Positions 49,759 to 60,358 of a stretch of DNA of 64,000 bases are shown in pieces (the first letter of the stretch is position 1; the number at the start of each line of letters is the position of its first letter). A program made the position numbers and the translations under genes. The notes under the pieces are model-generated. The model saw only the letters and a program-made list of their open reading frames with translations, was not told the DNA's origin and made no database searches. The stretch is from an uncultured delta proteobacterium (GTDB taxonomy: Bacteria > Desulfobacterota > Binatia > UBA9968): the NCBI GenBank assembly GCA_963745035.1, contig CAVUVW010000014.1:256001-320000 (forward strand), given 5' to 3'.

Positions 49759-50378
49759 TCAGATCCCTTCGTTCGGCGGGTCAACCGCGGCGCAGGTGGC
49801 GCGCCATTCTCCCGGTTCGCTGCCGATGAGCGTGAATAATTTCTGGTACTCTTCAACCTCTGCGTTGCCTTCCCAGGGAACGCTCTTGTGAGCGATCGTA
49901 GTGTCGTGGTCTAGTATCCAGAGTGAGCGATAATAAAAACCGCCGTGGTGATGTTCTTTCTCGCGGAGCAGGCCGTAGCGCTGCGCGATGTCGAGATCGC
50001 TGTCCGAACGTAGAGGTAAGGAAGTTCCTCGCCGAAGAGCTTGAGCGCGTATTGGCGGTGTTGTTCGAGGGAATCGGGCGAGATCATGACGAGATCGGCG
50101 CCTGCTTTAAGTATCTTCGTATAATCCTGCTTCAACGAAGCAGCCATGCTCGCGGCTCAGTTGGGGTGATATCGGTAACTATCCTGGCTCGTGAGAATGA
50201 GATTCTTATGCCGCACGGCGAGTTGATGCAGCGAAACCCTGCCATCGGCGGCTTCGATGAAAAACTCGGGAGCCTTCAGGCCGACGTGAGTGCCTTCACT
50301 TGTCGTGTTCGTGTTTCGTGATCGTGGCATAGGTTGCAACGACATAGAAAACTCAAAGCGCTCAGCTTTATTTTTCAT
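49759..50378 (-). CDS. Peroxiredoxin/AhpC-TSA-like protein; candidate selenoprotein (TGA 50159-50157), frameshift near 50005; true start possibly GTG 50299
   Basis: VGLKAPEFFIEAADGRVSL...SYRYHPN-TGA-AASMAASLKQDY..GADLVMISPDS...[fs]SDSDLDIAQRYG...RSLWILD, matching the Prx fold. Confidence 0.72.
50127..50156 (-). promoter_or_regulatory. Putative bacterial SECIS element
   Basis: Perfect 7-bp stem CUGCUUC-GUU-GAAGCAG; the loop starts with G 20 nt after the UGA. Confidence 0.6.
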
Positions 50379-51055
50379 TTCGCCGCGAAGCAGTAAAAGC
50401 GGCCGGCGCCGCCGCGCGGGGCGGTGTCGGCGCAGCTGCCATTTTCATGGGACGAGTTCCAGATGGCGTATCTCCCGGTCGGGTCGCCCATAGGCCCTAA
50501 GCCGTCGGAGTGGCCCACCTGAGCCTGTTGGTCTGCAGCCTCCGAGGTCCAATCGTTGCACGTCTTTCCCGCCATGACCTTACCGTCGGCGGTCGAGCCG
50601 GTGAGAATGTCATGGGCGTTGGGTCTCGGTGAATCCGGCCAGTTGCCCGGAACGCGCTGCCCGCGCTCGTCGAGGAAAACGTCGGCGTCGCCTTTGCGGC
50701 CGTGCAGCTCGTCGAGATTTTTCGCGATCACTTCGCCTTTGGCATTGGACCACGGGCCGGTGCCGATGCGGCTCCGCGCGTCGGTCGGTTTGTTGCCGTT
50801 GCCGGGATCTCTTTCCGCGCTCAAGTAGGCGCGCCAGGTCTTGTTGCCGAGACCGACGGCGGTCGCGAGCTCCTGGCAAATCTTATCTGCGCCGCGCAGC
50901 CCGCCCAAGTTGGCGGTCTTGTTCCCGGTGCTGGTGACAAAAAAGCTCATGGCCGGACTGGTCTGAGCGCCCTCGGCGCTGATACCTTGGTTTCTGTCAC
51001 TGCTGACGATAGCGAGCGTTAGGACTGCGGCGAGAAGAAAAATATGTCGCTTCAT
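50375..51055 (-). CDS. Secreted endostatin/lectin-like (DUF1554-like) protein
   Basis: Signal peptide; FFVTS, NLGGLRGADKICQ, WRAYLS, HDILTGS, GRFYCFA. Confidence 0.75.
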   Translation of the reverse strand: MKRHIFLLAAVLTLAIVSSDRNQGISAEGAQTSPAMSFFVTSTGNKTANLGGLRGADKICQELATAVGLGNKTWRAYLSAERDPGNGNKPTDARSRIGTGPWSNAKGEVIAKNLDELHGRKGDADVFLDERGQRVPGNWPDSPRPNAHDILTGSTADGKVMAGKTCNDWTSEAADQQAQVGHSDGLGPMGDPTGRYAIWNSSHENGSCADTAPRGGAGRFYCFAAK

Positions 51056-51166
51056 AAGAATTTCCTTTCGCGTAAGAATCAGCACGCCTGGCCGTACTGG
51101 GAAAGTAACATTAATTTGCGGAAAAATCCCTGGCCTTCATTTCTTAAATGAAGCGATCGGGCCGGC

Positions 51167-51856
51167 TCATTCCGGTTTATTTCCCAAGCGCCGAAGCATT
51201 CGCTTGATCGCGACTCGGGCGCGGGTGAGAGGTGTGATCTTGCCTCCCTCGAACCGGATTCGGAGTTCGACGTAAAATTTGGATAGTGAATTGAGAATCC
51301 GTTTGAACAGGTCATCCTGGCCGGCGGTGTTACCGCGGCAGATATGGTCGTGGCAGCCGATCGCTACGGCTTGCACGGGCACGAGGAGTTGGATTTTCGA
51401 AAGGCTCTCGAGGTCCAGCGTTTTCTCCGCCGACTCGATCTGCATGGCTTTGCTCCGCACTTCGTGCTTATCGCGCGCATACTCCTCGTAGCGCAGCGAG
51501 ATGAGCTTTTCCCAATCGCGCAGATGCTGGGCCTCTACACCCAGGCTCTTGAGCTGCCCCACATACGCGGCGGGAATCCGGTCTTTCAACTCGGCGAAAT
51601 AATTGCGCAGCTCCGGCGCAACGCGGAGATCGGGCGCCTCGAGCAGAAGCATGACGAGCGCGAGAAACGCGACCACCAGCTCGTTGAAGATCCGGTCCTG
51701 TTCAACCTGGCTCAACCGCTCGAAGTCGACCATGCGGCGGACTTCTTTGTCGCAAAATATCTCGTAGGCTGCCGCCGAAGCCGACTGCGACAGATTCGCC
51801 GCCGTCGCCTGAGCCATTTGATCGGGCGAATCAAATTCCGGTAACCGTGTCTTCAT
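51167..51856 (-). CDS. Hypothetical protein
   Basis: 229-aa ORF, co-oriented with neighbours, typical codon usage. Confidence 0.7.
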   Translation of the reverse strand: MKTRLPEFDSPDQMAQATAANLSQSASAAAYEIFCDKEVRRMVDFERLSQVEQDRIFNELVVAFLALVMLLLEAPDLRVAPELRNYFAELKDRIPAAYVGQLKSLGVEAQHLRDWEKLISLRYEEYARDKHEVRSKAMQIESAEKTLDLESLSKIQLLVPVQAVAIGCHDHICRGNTAGQDDLFKRILNSLSKFYVELRIRFEGGKITPLTRARVAIKRMLRRLGNKPE

Positions 51857-51871
51857 GTTGGATCACGTGGG

Positions 51872-54200
51872 CTACCGCGGTTCTCCATGCAGCGGGCCGA
51901 AGGCGCGCGGCGGTCGGCGGTGCTTGGTCGCGGCTTCGTAGGCGGAGGCCGCTTTCAAGATCGTTCCTTCCTCTCCCGGCCCGGCCCAAAACGCCAAGCT
52001 GATCGGCAGGCCCGGCGCGTCGAGCATGGTCTTTTCGATGCCGGAAACACTGCGGTAAGTTTTGGTGTCGTCGCTCAGCGCGAACTTGGGCTCGTAGACC
52101 ACTTGATTGAAACCCGCCGGCACGATGACCTCGGGAATTCCGGCATCGGCCGTGAATGCAAAGCGATTGCTCGGGCGGCTGTTGATCTGCGGCTCCACCG
52201 GGCCGCCGATCTTGGGAATCGGCACGGTGTTCAACGGGTTGACCAGCGCGTCGAGATTATTCTCCCGCATCACCTTGAGGATCACCCGCTGCATGACTTC
52301 TCTCATCTTGATGCGCTCGGTGAGCCCGTCCGAGCGAATGTCCTTCAAGTTTTCCCAGTTGATGAACGCGGCCAGTTTGTCGCCGGAGTAATAGCTCGCG
52401 TTGGCGTTGAGCGAGGGCCAGTCTTTCACCTTGGCGTCGCCGCGGCGCAGCAGGTACTGGCTCAGGTGAAAGCGAAAGCTCGAGGTGCGCGGGAAAAGCG
52501 TGATGCGGCGGAGATTCAAGATTGGGCGGGAAAGGCTCCAATCCTTCGGCGGCGCGCGCCATGTATTCAGCCGGAGCAAGCGTTCCGCCGCCCGCTGTTT
52601 TGCCGACGTTGACGTTGATCCTGCTGGCGAACACGGGAAACTCCGCTTCGCCGGAGCTGGTGGTCTTGAACAGATATTCGGGCATATGGAATGGCAGGAT
52701 CTCGGCGAGCGCTTCCTGAAACGTCGGCTTGAGATTCGGAATCGCCGGATCGTCGGGGTAGAGCGGATCGACCGATTCGAAGAGTTCCGCGCCGAGCTTG
52801 TCGCGCAGGATCGTCTTGATCTCCTTGTCGATCTGATCGCTGATCGCCGCGTCGTTGGGCGTGTGCTTGACCATGAACTCGCGCACGATGCCGATGCGCA
52901 TGCCGCGAAGGCTCTTCTCCCCGGCAAAACTGGCGAAGGGCTTTTGCGGAATCAGCGCCTTGGGCAGCGCGGTATAAATATCACGCGGGTCGTAGTAGCC
53001 GCGCTTGGGGTCTTTCAGCGCATCGAGCACGATCGCGGTGTCTTTGACCGTGCGGCAATTGATGCCGGCGCGATCGATGAACGGGTCGGCGCCGATGCCG
53101 CCGCCGAAGGGAATGATCGCCTTGCCGGTATTCAAGCTCGCGACGCCGTTGTAGGCCGCCGGCACGCGGCATGACCCACCGGTTTCTTCGCAGATCGAGC
53201 AGGTCACGAGATTGGCCGCGACCGATACACCCGATCCCGAGCTCGACGCCGCTTGCGCCGGCGCGCGCTCGGTGTCGTAGGGGTTGCACGGGTTGCCGGC
53301 CCAGGTGCTGCGCGAATTTCCCGCGCCGAGCACGACGGCTTCGGCCTTGGCGCTGCCGCCGGGGTCGCCGCTGGCGCCGTTGTACTCGCTCAGATTGGCC
53401 TTGCCCAAAATGATCGCGCCCTTGGCGCGGAGCTGGGCGACGATGGTCGAATCCGCCGGGGCGGCGTCGAGCGCGTACGCCACGTCGGCGCCGCCGGTGG
53501 AGCGCATGTCTTTGGTGTCGAAGATGTCTTTGATCGAAAACGGCGTGCAGTAAAGCGGCATCGCCGAGAGATTCGGATTGGCGCCGAACCGCCGGTCGAG
53601 CTCGCGCGCCCGCTCCAAGCCGTCGGGCTGGGCGCGAAACGCTTCGCAGGCCGGACTGCAGCCGCTCGGCAGCGGGCCCTTGGACGGATGAAGGTCGCAG
53701 GTGGCTTTGCAAGTCGCGGAGCGCTCGCCGCGGATGTTGACAGTACTGAGCGAGCGGAGCTGTCCGGCGTTTTTCACGCCGCGAATATAGCCGTAGGTCT
53801 GCTGCTTCGTCGGATCGGAAACCGTCGCCTGCATGACGCCGGGCTGAAGCGGCGTGCCAGTGTATTTCGCGACATCGGGAAAAAGGTTTTGCGGATCGTT
53901 GGCGTCGTTGGGATTGACCGGCGCCACGCACATGCCGTCGTAGGCGCGGATGCGGTTGATGTAAGCCTGCACCAGCTTCTCGCAGGTAATTTGCCGAGAC
54001 TTGATGGCGCGGTGAATATCTTCGATGCGCGCCTCTTCGAGGCGAAACTTCCACGGCGCGGACGCGCTGCCGGCCGGCGCCGGCTTGGCGCTTTGCGCGT
54101 CAGCCACTTGCGGATCAAGCGCCCAGAAGATGTGCGACGCGAGCCATCCCGCCAGAGCGATCGATAAACAGCGCCGAACAGCCAATGCGTAACTGGTCAT
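51872..54200 (-). CDS. Large secreted amidase-signature family protein (frameshift near 52520)
   Basis: SIKDIFDT, GAIILGKAN, SSSGSG, EETGGSCR; C-term PEVIVPAG..GLPISL..AASAYE in another frame. Confidence 0.85.
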
Positions 54201-54382
54201 CTTTGCCTCCCAAAACTCGAATGGCTTTTGCTTATCATGTTTTCTTAAGGCCGTGGGAAGATTTTCGCGGCGCACGGCATAACTTCTTCGACGCGCCGCC
54301 GGATGGCATGATTGGAACGTGTCGACCGGAAAAAATGCGGCGTGTAAACGATCTCGCCGCAAGTGGCGGAACTGAGACGGTT

Positions 54383-54710
54383 CTAGGTTTCTTTCATGCG
54401 CCGCTCGGGGATGTTCGGCCGGCGGTGCGATGAGCATCAGCACGCCGAGCAACACCAGAAGCATCGGAATCAAGACGAACCAGGTCACGCGCCAACGGTC
54501 ATGGAGCGCCCACGCGATGCCGCTGGCGATCAAAAACGGCCCGGAGACGATCGACTTCTTGGTTATTCCATCCAGGAACAAAACCGCGATGCCGGCGAAG
54601 ACCAGGCCAGCGGCGATGATCCAGTCGATGTCGGGAAACAGGCGGAAGTACCAAAGCAGCCAGGCGCTGCCGACGACGATCAGAGTGACGGGCAAACCGG
54701 CGTTTCTCAT
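54383..54710 (-). CDS. Small 4-TM membrane protein (frameshift near the 3' end)
   Basis: MRNAGLPVTLIVVG..., four hydrophobic segments. Confidence 0.65.
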
Positions 54711-54748
54711 GAAGCCTCTCCGTGCCTGTCGCACCGGTCATTTCCACG

Positions 54749-55549
54749 TCACCGCGCGGCGGCGACGTCGATGGGCACGCCGTCGGGATCGGCGAGTTGA
54801 AACTGGCCGTGCTTGCATTTGGCGAGCAGCTTGAGCCTGATCTCGCCTTCGGTGCCGCCGGGCTTGGGTGAAAGAGCCGGGTTTCTATTGACCAGTGCCT
54901 TGAGATCTTTTTTGAACGACTCGACGTCTTCGACTCTGAAACCGAGATGGTCCATGTGTCTCGGCTCGATGCCGGCGCCCTCGTAATCCGTGATCGCCCA
55001 GGGCGCGACGATGATCGTCACGCGTCCGTCGGACAGATAATGATTCGGATCGTCGGCGGGCTTCTCCATCTCCTGAAGCTCGTAGACTTCCCGGTAAAAC
55101 TTGGCGAGATTCGCCGGGTTGAGCGAGCGCAGAACGAAGTGGCTGATATAGCGATCCTGCTTCCATTCACCCTCGACATACACTTCCGCCCGGTTGGTCA
55201 TCGCTTGCTGCGACAAGTCGAACACGTAGCCGTCGGGATCATGGGTGCTGATGCCGGCGAAAGGACGATTGGTCGGCCGCTTGATCAATTGTATGGAAGG
55301 ATACTTTTCGCGCAGCCGAGCGCTGACTTTTTCCACGTCTTCGACTTCCAGGCCGAAATGCTCCAGCCCGGCCTGCCGTCCCAGTTTCTGCGGGATGATG
55401 TTCATGCCGATGTAGCCGTCGCCGATCGCGACGGCGCTTTCCGGCCGCGGGGATTTCGACGTCTTCATGCCGAACAGCGCTTCGTAAAACCGGCTCAACA
55501 AGACGTAGTTGTCGCTGATGATGGCGAGATGTTTGATCTTTGCGAACAT
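54749..55549 (-). CDS. Two-domain VOC family protein
   Basis: IKHLAI, EHFGLEV, HDPDGYVFDL, DHLGFRV, DPDGVPID. Confidence 0.88.
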   Translation of the reverse strand: MFAKIKHLAIISDNYVLLSRFYEALFGMKTSKSPRPESAVAIGDGYIGMNIIPQKLGRQAGLEHFGLEVEDVEKVSARLREKYPSIQLIKRPTNRPFAGISTHDPDGYVFDLSQQAMTNRAEVYVEGEWKQDRYISHFVLRSLNPANLAKFYREVYELQEMEKPADDPNHYLSDGRVTIIVAPWAITDYEGAGIEPRHMDHLGFRVEDVESFKKDLKALVNRNPALSPKPGGTEGEIRLKLLAKCKHGQFQLADPDGVPIDVAAAR

Positions 55550-55558
55550 GGGCGCTCC

Positions 55559-56564
55559 TTACTTTTTCGCAGGTTCTTTGTAAATCTGGTCGATGAAGCC
55601 GCTTTTTTCCAGCTCGGCGAGTATGCTGTTGTCGATGAAATTGTCGGCGTTCAGTTTGGCCGCGTCGGGAAGTTCTTTGCCCATTTGATCCAGGGCGAAG
55701 CGCACCGCGCGGCGATCGCCGTAGGGAATCTGTTTGTACACCGGCCGGTAGATCTCGTGACTTTTCTCCAGGATCTCGCGATCGGTTATCTTAAGATATT
55801 TGGCGAGCACCTTGACCGAGAAATCTTTGTCGGTCTTGAAAACTTTGATGCCTTCGACCCAGGCGCGGAGAAAACCTCGTGCCACGTCCCGATTGGCCCC
55901 GAGAAATTTCTTGGAAGCGATCACGCCGTTCACGGGATAATAAATCGGCAGCTTGCTGAGATCGATGGCGACGTGATAGCCCAACTTTTCGGCCTGCACC
56001 AATTTATCGCCGGAAAGCATCGCGCCGTCGATGGCGCCCGTGGTCAAAGCGGCGAAGCGGGTCGCCTCTCCTCCGGTCTGGAGTATCGTGACGTCTTTCT
56101 CCGGGTTGAGCTTGTAGTGGCGCAATGCTTCGCGCAGCGCCATGTCCGTGAGCGAGCCGAAGCGGCTGACGCCGATTTTTTTATTTTTTAGATCCGCGGG
56201 GCTCTTGATCGACGGTCCGGTGACCACGGTTTCCAATAGCTGATCGACGCCGCTCGCAATCAAAACCAGATCGAAGCCTTTCGCCCACGCCCCGATCGCC
56301 GACGGCGGCGCCATGTTGGCGATCTTCACGTCGCCGGAAATGATCGCCTGGATGATCGTCGAGCCGCCTGGTATGTATAAAAGCTCCGTGCCGACGTTGT
56401 TGCGCTTGAAGAAACCCGCCTCGTAAGCGATCCACAATGGCCCCGCGGTGGGTGACAGCGAAACGTAAGGCACTCTCAGGCTCTGCGCCTCGACAGTTGC
56501 TCCGCCGAGAAGAAGAAGCGTGAGTAAGCAGCAATGCCGGCATGCGCCGGCCAAGCAAATTCAT
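55559..56564 (-). CDS. ABC transporter substrate-binding protein (NMT1/SsuA-like)
   Basis: PLWIAYEAGFFKR, DLKNKKIGVSRFGS; signal region probably frameshifted. Confidence 0.9.
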
Positions 56565-56867
56565 GAAGAATCCCTTTCGTGCGCTTGACTTACGCGGACC
56601 GTACCAACTGGCTCAGCGACCTGTCAATCGCGAGCCAGGCGCGCGATGCTCATCAAGACAACCACGTCTTGTTCAAGGTTCGCCAGAAAGGATCGGATTT
56701 GTTCGGGATAAATGACCTGGCTCAAATTATGGCGGCGATTTTTGTGGACAAGGCAAGGTCAGGCTTGCATAGATGGATAGCTAACACACAAGGCGGCTTC
56801 TAAAGTGGCTGAGTGAAGCGCTTCTGTTGAAGCCGGCCGGCACGATGATCTCCGGAATCCGCGTCAA

Positions 56868-59061
56868 TTAAACATTTCCCGTTGCCCTTTTGACCTCGCG
56901 GCGGCGGGAGTGGAGCACGGATTCGGTGTAGCCGTTGGCTGCATGACGGCCATTCAGGACGAGCTCCAGTGCCGCCCGAAAAGCGATGCTTCGTTCATAG
57001 TCCGGGGCCATGTTGCGGTAGTTCGGATCGCCGCGATTTTGCCGATCGACCACCTGCGCCATGCGCCGAAACGTGTCGATGATCTGTTCCTTCGCGACGA
57101 TGCCATACTTGAGCCAGTTGGCGATGTGCTGGCTGGAAATTCTGAGTGTCGCCCGATCCTCCATCAAGGCGACGTTGTTGATGTTGGGAACTTTCGAACA
57201 GCCGATGCCCTGATCGACCCAGCGAACGACATAGCCCAAAATTCCTTGCGCGTTGTTATCGAGCTCGCGTTGGATCTCCTCCGCCGTGAGCTGCCGCTCC
57301 AATAGCAGCGGCGGCGTGAGAATGTCCTCGAGCCGCGCGCGACCCCGCTGCGCCAGCTCGCGCTGCCGCTTGGCGACATCGACGTAGTGATAGTGGAGCG
57401 CATGGAGGGTGGCCGCGGCCGGCGACGGCACCCAAGCGGTGTTTGCGCCGGCTTGTGGGTGGGCGATCTTCGTTCTGACCATCTCGCGCATCTCGTCGGG
57501 CATGGTCCACATGCCCTTGCCGATCTGCGCTTTGCCGCGAAATCCCGTCTCGATGCCGATGTCGACGTTCCAATCTTCATAGGCTTTGATCCACGGCTGC
57601 GCTTTGATCTCTTCCTTCGGCAGCATCGCGCCAAGCTCCATGCTCGTGTGGATCTCGTCGCCGGTGCGATCTAAAAAGCCGGTGTTGATGAACACCACCC
57701 GATCTTTCGCGGCGCGGATGCATTCCTGTAGATTGACCGTGGTACGCCGCTCTTCGTCCATGATGCCGATCTTGAGGGTTCTGCGCTTCAGTCCGAGAGC
57801 TTCCTCGGTTCTTGCGAAGAGCTCGACCGTGGCCGCGACTTCCTCCGGTCCATGCTGCTTCGGTTTGACGACGTAAACGCTCCCGGTCCTGCTGTTGCGA
57901 TAATTTCCTTTGCCTTTGAGATCGTGAATGGCGGCAAGCGCCGTGATCATCGCGTCGAGAAAACCCTCGGGAATCTCCTCGCCGCTGCGGGTGACAACGG
58001 CATCGGTATACATGTGAATGCCGACATGGCGCACGAGCAGCAGGCTTCTGCCGGACAGGGTGATCTTTCTTCCGGCCGGCGTGGTAAAGACTTTGTCCGG
58101 ATTGAGCCTGCGCGTGAGCGGGCCTCCGAACTTTTCGAAGGTGGCTTCCAGCGTTCCTTTCATCAGGCCGCACCAGTTTCTATAGACCGCGACCTTGTCG
58201 GCGGCGTCGACCACCGCCACGGCGTCCTCGCAATCTTCGATGGTGGTGAGCGCCGCCTCGAGGAGCACGTCTTTCACGCCCGCAGGGTGGAGCTTGCCGA
58301 TCGGATGACCGCGGTCGATTTGGATCTCGATGCGCGCGCCGTTGTTGGTCAACACGATGTCCGTCAACTCGCCGGCGCTTGCGCGATAGCCGAGAAATTT
58401 TCGCGCATCGGCCAGGCGGGTCGTCGCGCCGTCCTTGAGCATCATCGCGAGCCGGTTTTTGCGACCGGTCCGTTCGAGACAAAATCGGACGACGTCCGCA
58501 TATTTGCCGCGTTTCAGCGGCACGACTTGGTCCAAAAACTCCTCGGTGTAGGCGATGACCCTGGCGCCGCGCCGGGGATTGTAAGCTTCGCCCTTTTCCG
58601 CGCCTGCCTCTTCGGCGATCACATTCGTGCCGTAGAGCGCGTCGTAGAGACTTCCCCAACGAGCATTGGCGGCATTCAAGGCATAGCGGGCGTTGTCGAG
58701 CGGCACGACCAACTGCGCGCCGGCGATGGAAGCGATCTCCGGGTCAGACTTGGCCGTGGTGATTTTGAAATTTTTTCCCTCGGGGACGAGATAACCGATC
58801 TCCTGGAGAAAGGCAGCGTAAAGCCGAACGTCAAACGGCTGACCTGATGCGGGCCAGATGCCAGTCGTCGATCTGCTTTTGCAGCCGATCACGCTTGGCG
58901 AGGAGTGCGCGGTTTTTCGGCCCGAGATCTCTTACGATCGCGCCGAGAGATTTCCAAAAGCCGTCGACCTTCACCCCGGTGCCCGGCGCGATCTCTCCGC
59001 GCACCAGACGATAGAGCCGTTCATCGATTTTAAGATCCCCGACCTCGACTCTGCCGGCCAT
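56868..59061 (-). CDS. glcB: Malate synthase G (frameshift near 58850)
   Basis: [65 protein letters not shown]. Confidence 0.95.
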
Positions 59062-59235
59062 GGTCAGCTCCGTTTTCCCCGAGGCAGGCACGGGAACTCA
59101 CCGCAAGATGGGACAATCTGGCGTGCTTCGGATCGTCTAGACTTGAGTTCTATCCCGTTTTAGCGCCGAAAGCTGTCAAGCCGCAGCCGTTGACGAAATA
59201 CGACGAGCTGCGGAGTTGGCCGCGCACGGCTGCGG

Positions 59236-60234
59236 TCATTGGAAGAACAGCTTGTGAAATTCTTTGCGCTTTTCGGCGTAGACCTTCTCGCCCAAGTCGT
59301 CCATTTCCACGAACTGAATCTTGTCGGCATCGGGCACCGGCGGGTAGACGCCCTTGCGGTTCACGAACTCGCCGGCTTTGGCCATGATGCGCATGCTTTC
59401 TTCGTCGAGGAAAAAATCGATGAAAGCTTTGGCGGCGTTGGGATGAGGCGCCTTATGAAATAAGCTCAAATAGCTCGCGTCGCCGAGAAAACGGCCGGTG
59501 CGGACGTAGTCGAGCGGCGCTCCTTTGATGCCGTTTAGGTAGACGTAATAAACGTAGGTGATGCCGATGGGAAACTCGCCCGAGGTGACCCGATCGGCGG
59601 CGGGATTGAACGACTCGACCAGAGTCGGTTTCATCGCCGCGAGGTCGCGCACGAACTGGCCGGCCTTCTCTTTGCCGATGAGCTTATGAACATTGGTCAG
59701 CCACTGGGCGGTGGTCGTGTGCAGAGTCGGATCGGCCATGACAAGTTTGCCGCGGTACTGCGGCTTCACCAGGTCTTCGAGAGTTTTCGGAGCGTCACCC
59801 GGCTTGATGATGCTCTTGTTGTAGACGATGCCGACGATGTGATTGCGCGCCCTCGGGCCCAGCTGCGGGTCGATGGCGTCCTTGGGAAAATCCTTCTGCA
59901 TCGGCGATTCGTATTTCGCCAGAATCCCTTCCTTGAGCATGATGCGCATGGTGTCTTCGGTCGACATGACCAGATCGAAGAGCGCCTTTCCGGCGCGCGT
60001 TTCGCTGAGCGCCCGTTCCATCACCTTGGTCGCCGAAGTGCGCCAGTAGTCGATGGCGATGCCGGTCTTTTTCTGAAACGCTTTTTGCAATAGCTCGAAA
60101 ATATCGGTCTGCATGGTGCCGTAGAGCACCAGCTTGCCTTCCTTCTTGCCGGCTTCGATCAGTTGCGCGTCCTGGGCGAAAGCAGGGGATGCAGCACCGA
60201 GCACAATCAGTAGTGCTATCGTTTTAAGTGGCAT
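59236..60234 (-). CDS. Extracellular solute-binding protein (iron/thiamine/polyamine ABC family)
   Basis: GKKEGKLVLYG, PKTLEDLVKPQYRG, APHPNAAKAFIDF. Confidence 0.9.
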   Translation of the reverse strand: MPLKTIALLIVLGAASPAFAQDAQLIEAGKKEGKLVLYGTMQTDIFELLQKAFQKKTGIAIDYWRTSATKVMERALSETRAGKALFDLVMSTEDTMRIMLKEGILAKYESPMQKDFPKDAIDPQLGPRARNHIVGIVYNKSIIKPGDAPKTLEDLVKPQYRGKLVMADPTLHTTTAQWLTNVHKLIGKEKAGQFVRDLAAMKPTLVESFNPAADRVTSGEFPIGITYVYYVYLNGIKGAPLDYVRTGRFLGDASYLSLFHKAPHPNAAKAFIDFFLDEESMRIMAKAGEFVNRKGVYPPVPDADKIQFVEMDDLGEKVYAEKRKEFHKLFFQ

Positions 60235-60280
60235 AGATCTCCTGTTGCCGACAAACACTCGCAGCGTACACTTTTAGAGC

Positions 60281-60348
60281 CGTGTTCGTGTAACGTGTCC
60301 GTGCTCATGTAATTTCACGTTCACGTTGCACGGTCACGCGCCACGCGC
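60281..60348. repeat. Inverted ~6-mer tandem arrays (CGTGnn / CACGnn)
   Basis: cgtgtt cgtgtaa cgtgtc cgtgct ... cacgtt cacgttg cacggt cacgcg. Confidence 0.65.
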
Positions 60349-60358
60349 AGCAGCGCGC

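Noticed and set aside
52257-54734. 825-aa apparent membrane protein-amidase fusion
   Set aside because: A frameshift near 54425 bypasses the membrane protein's stop; the linker is low-GC intergenic-like DNA and the amidase has its own start at 54200
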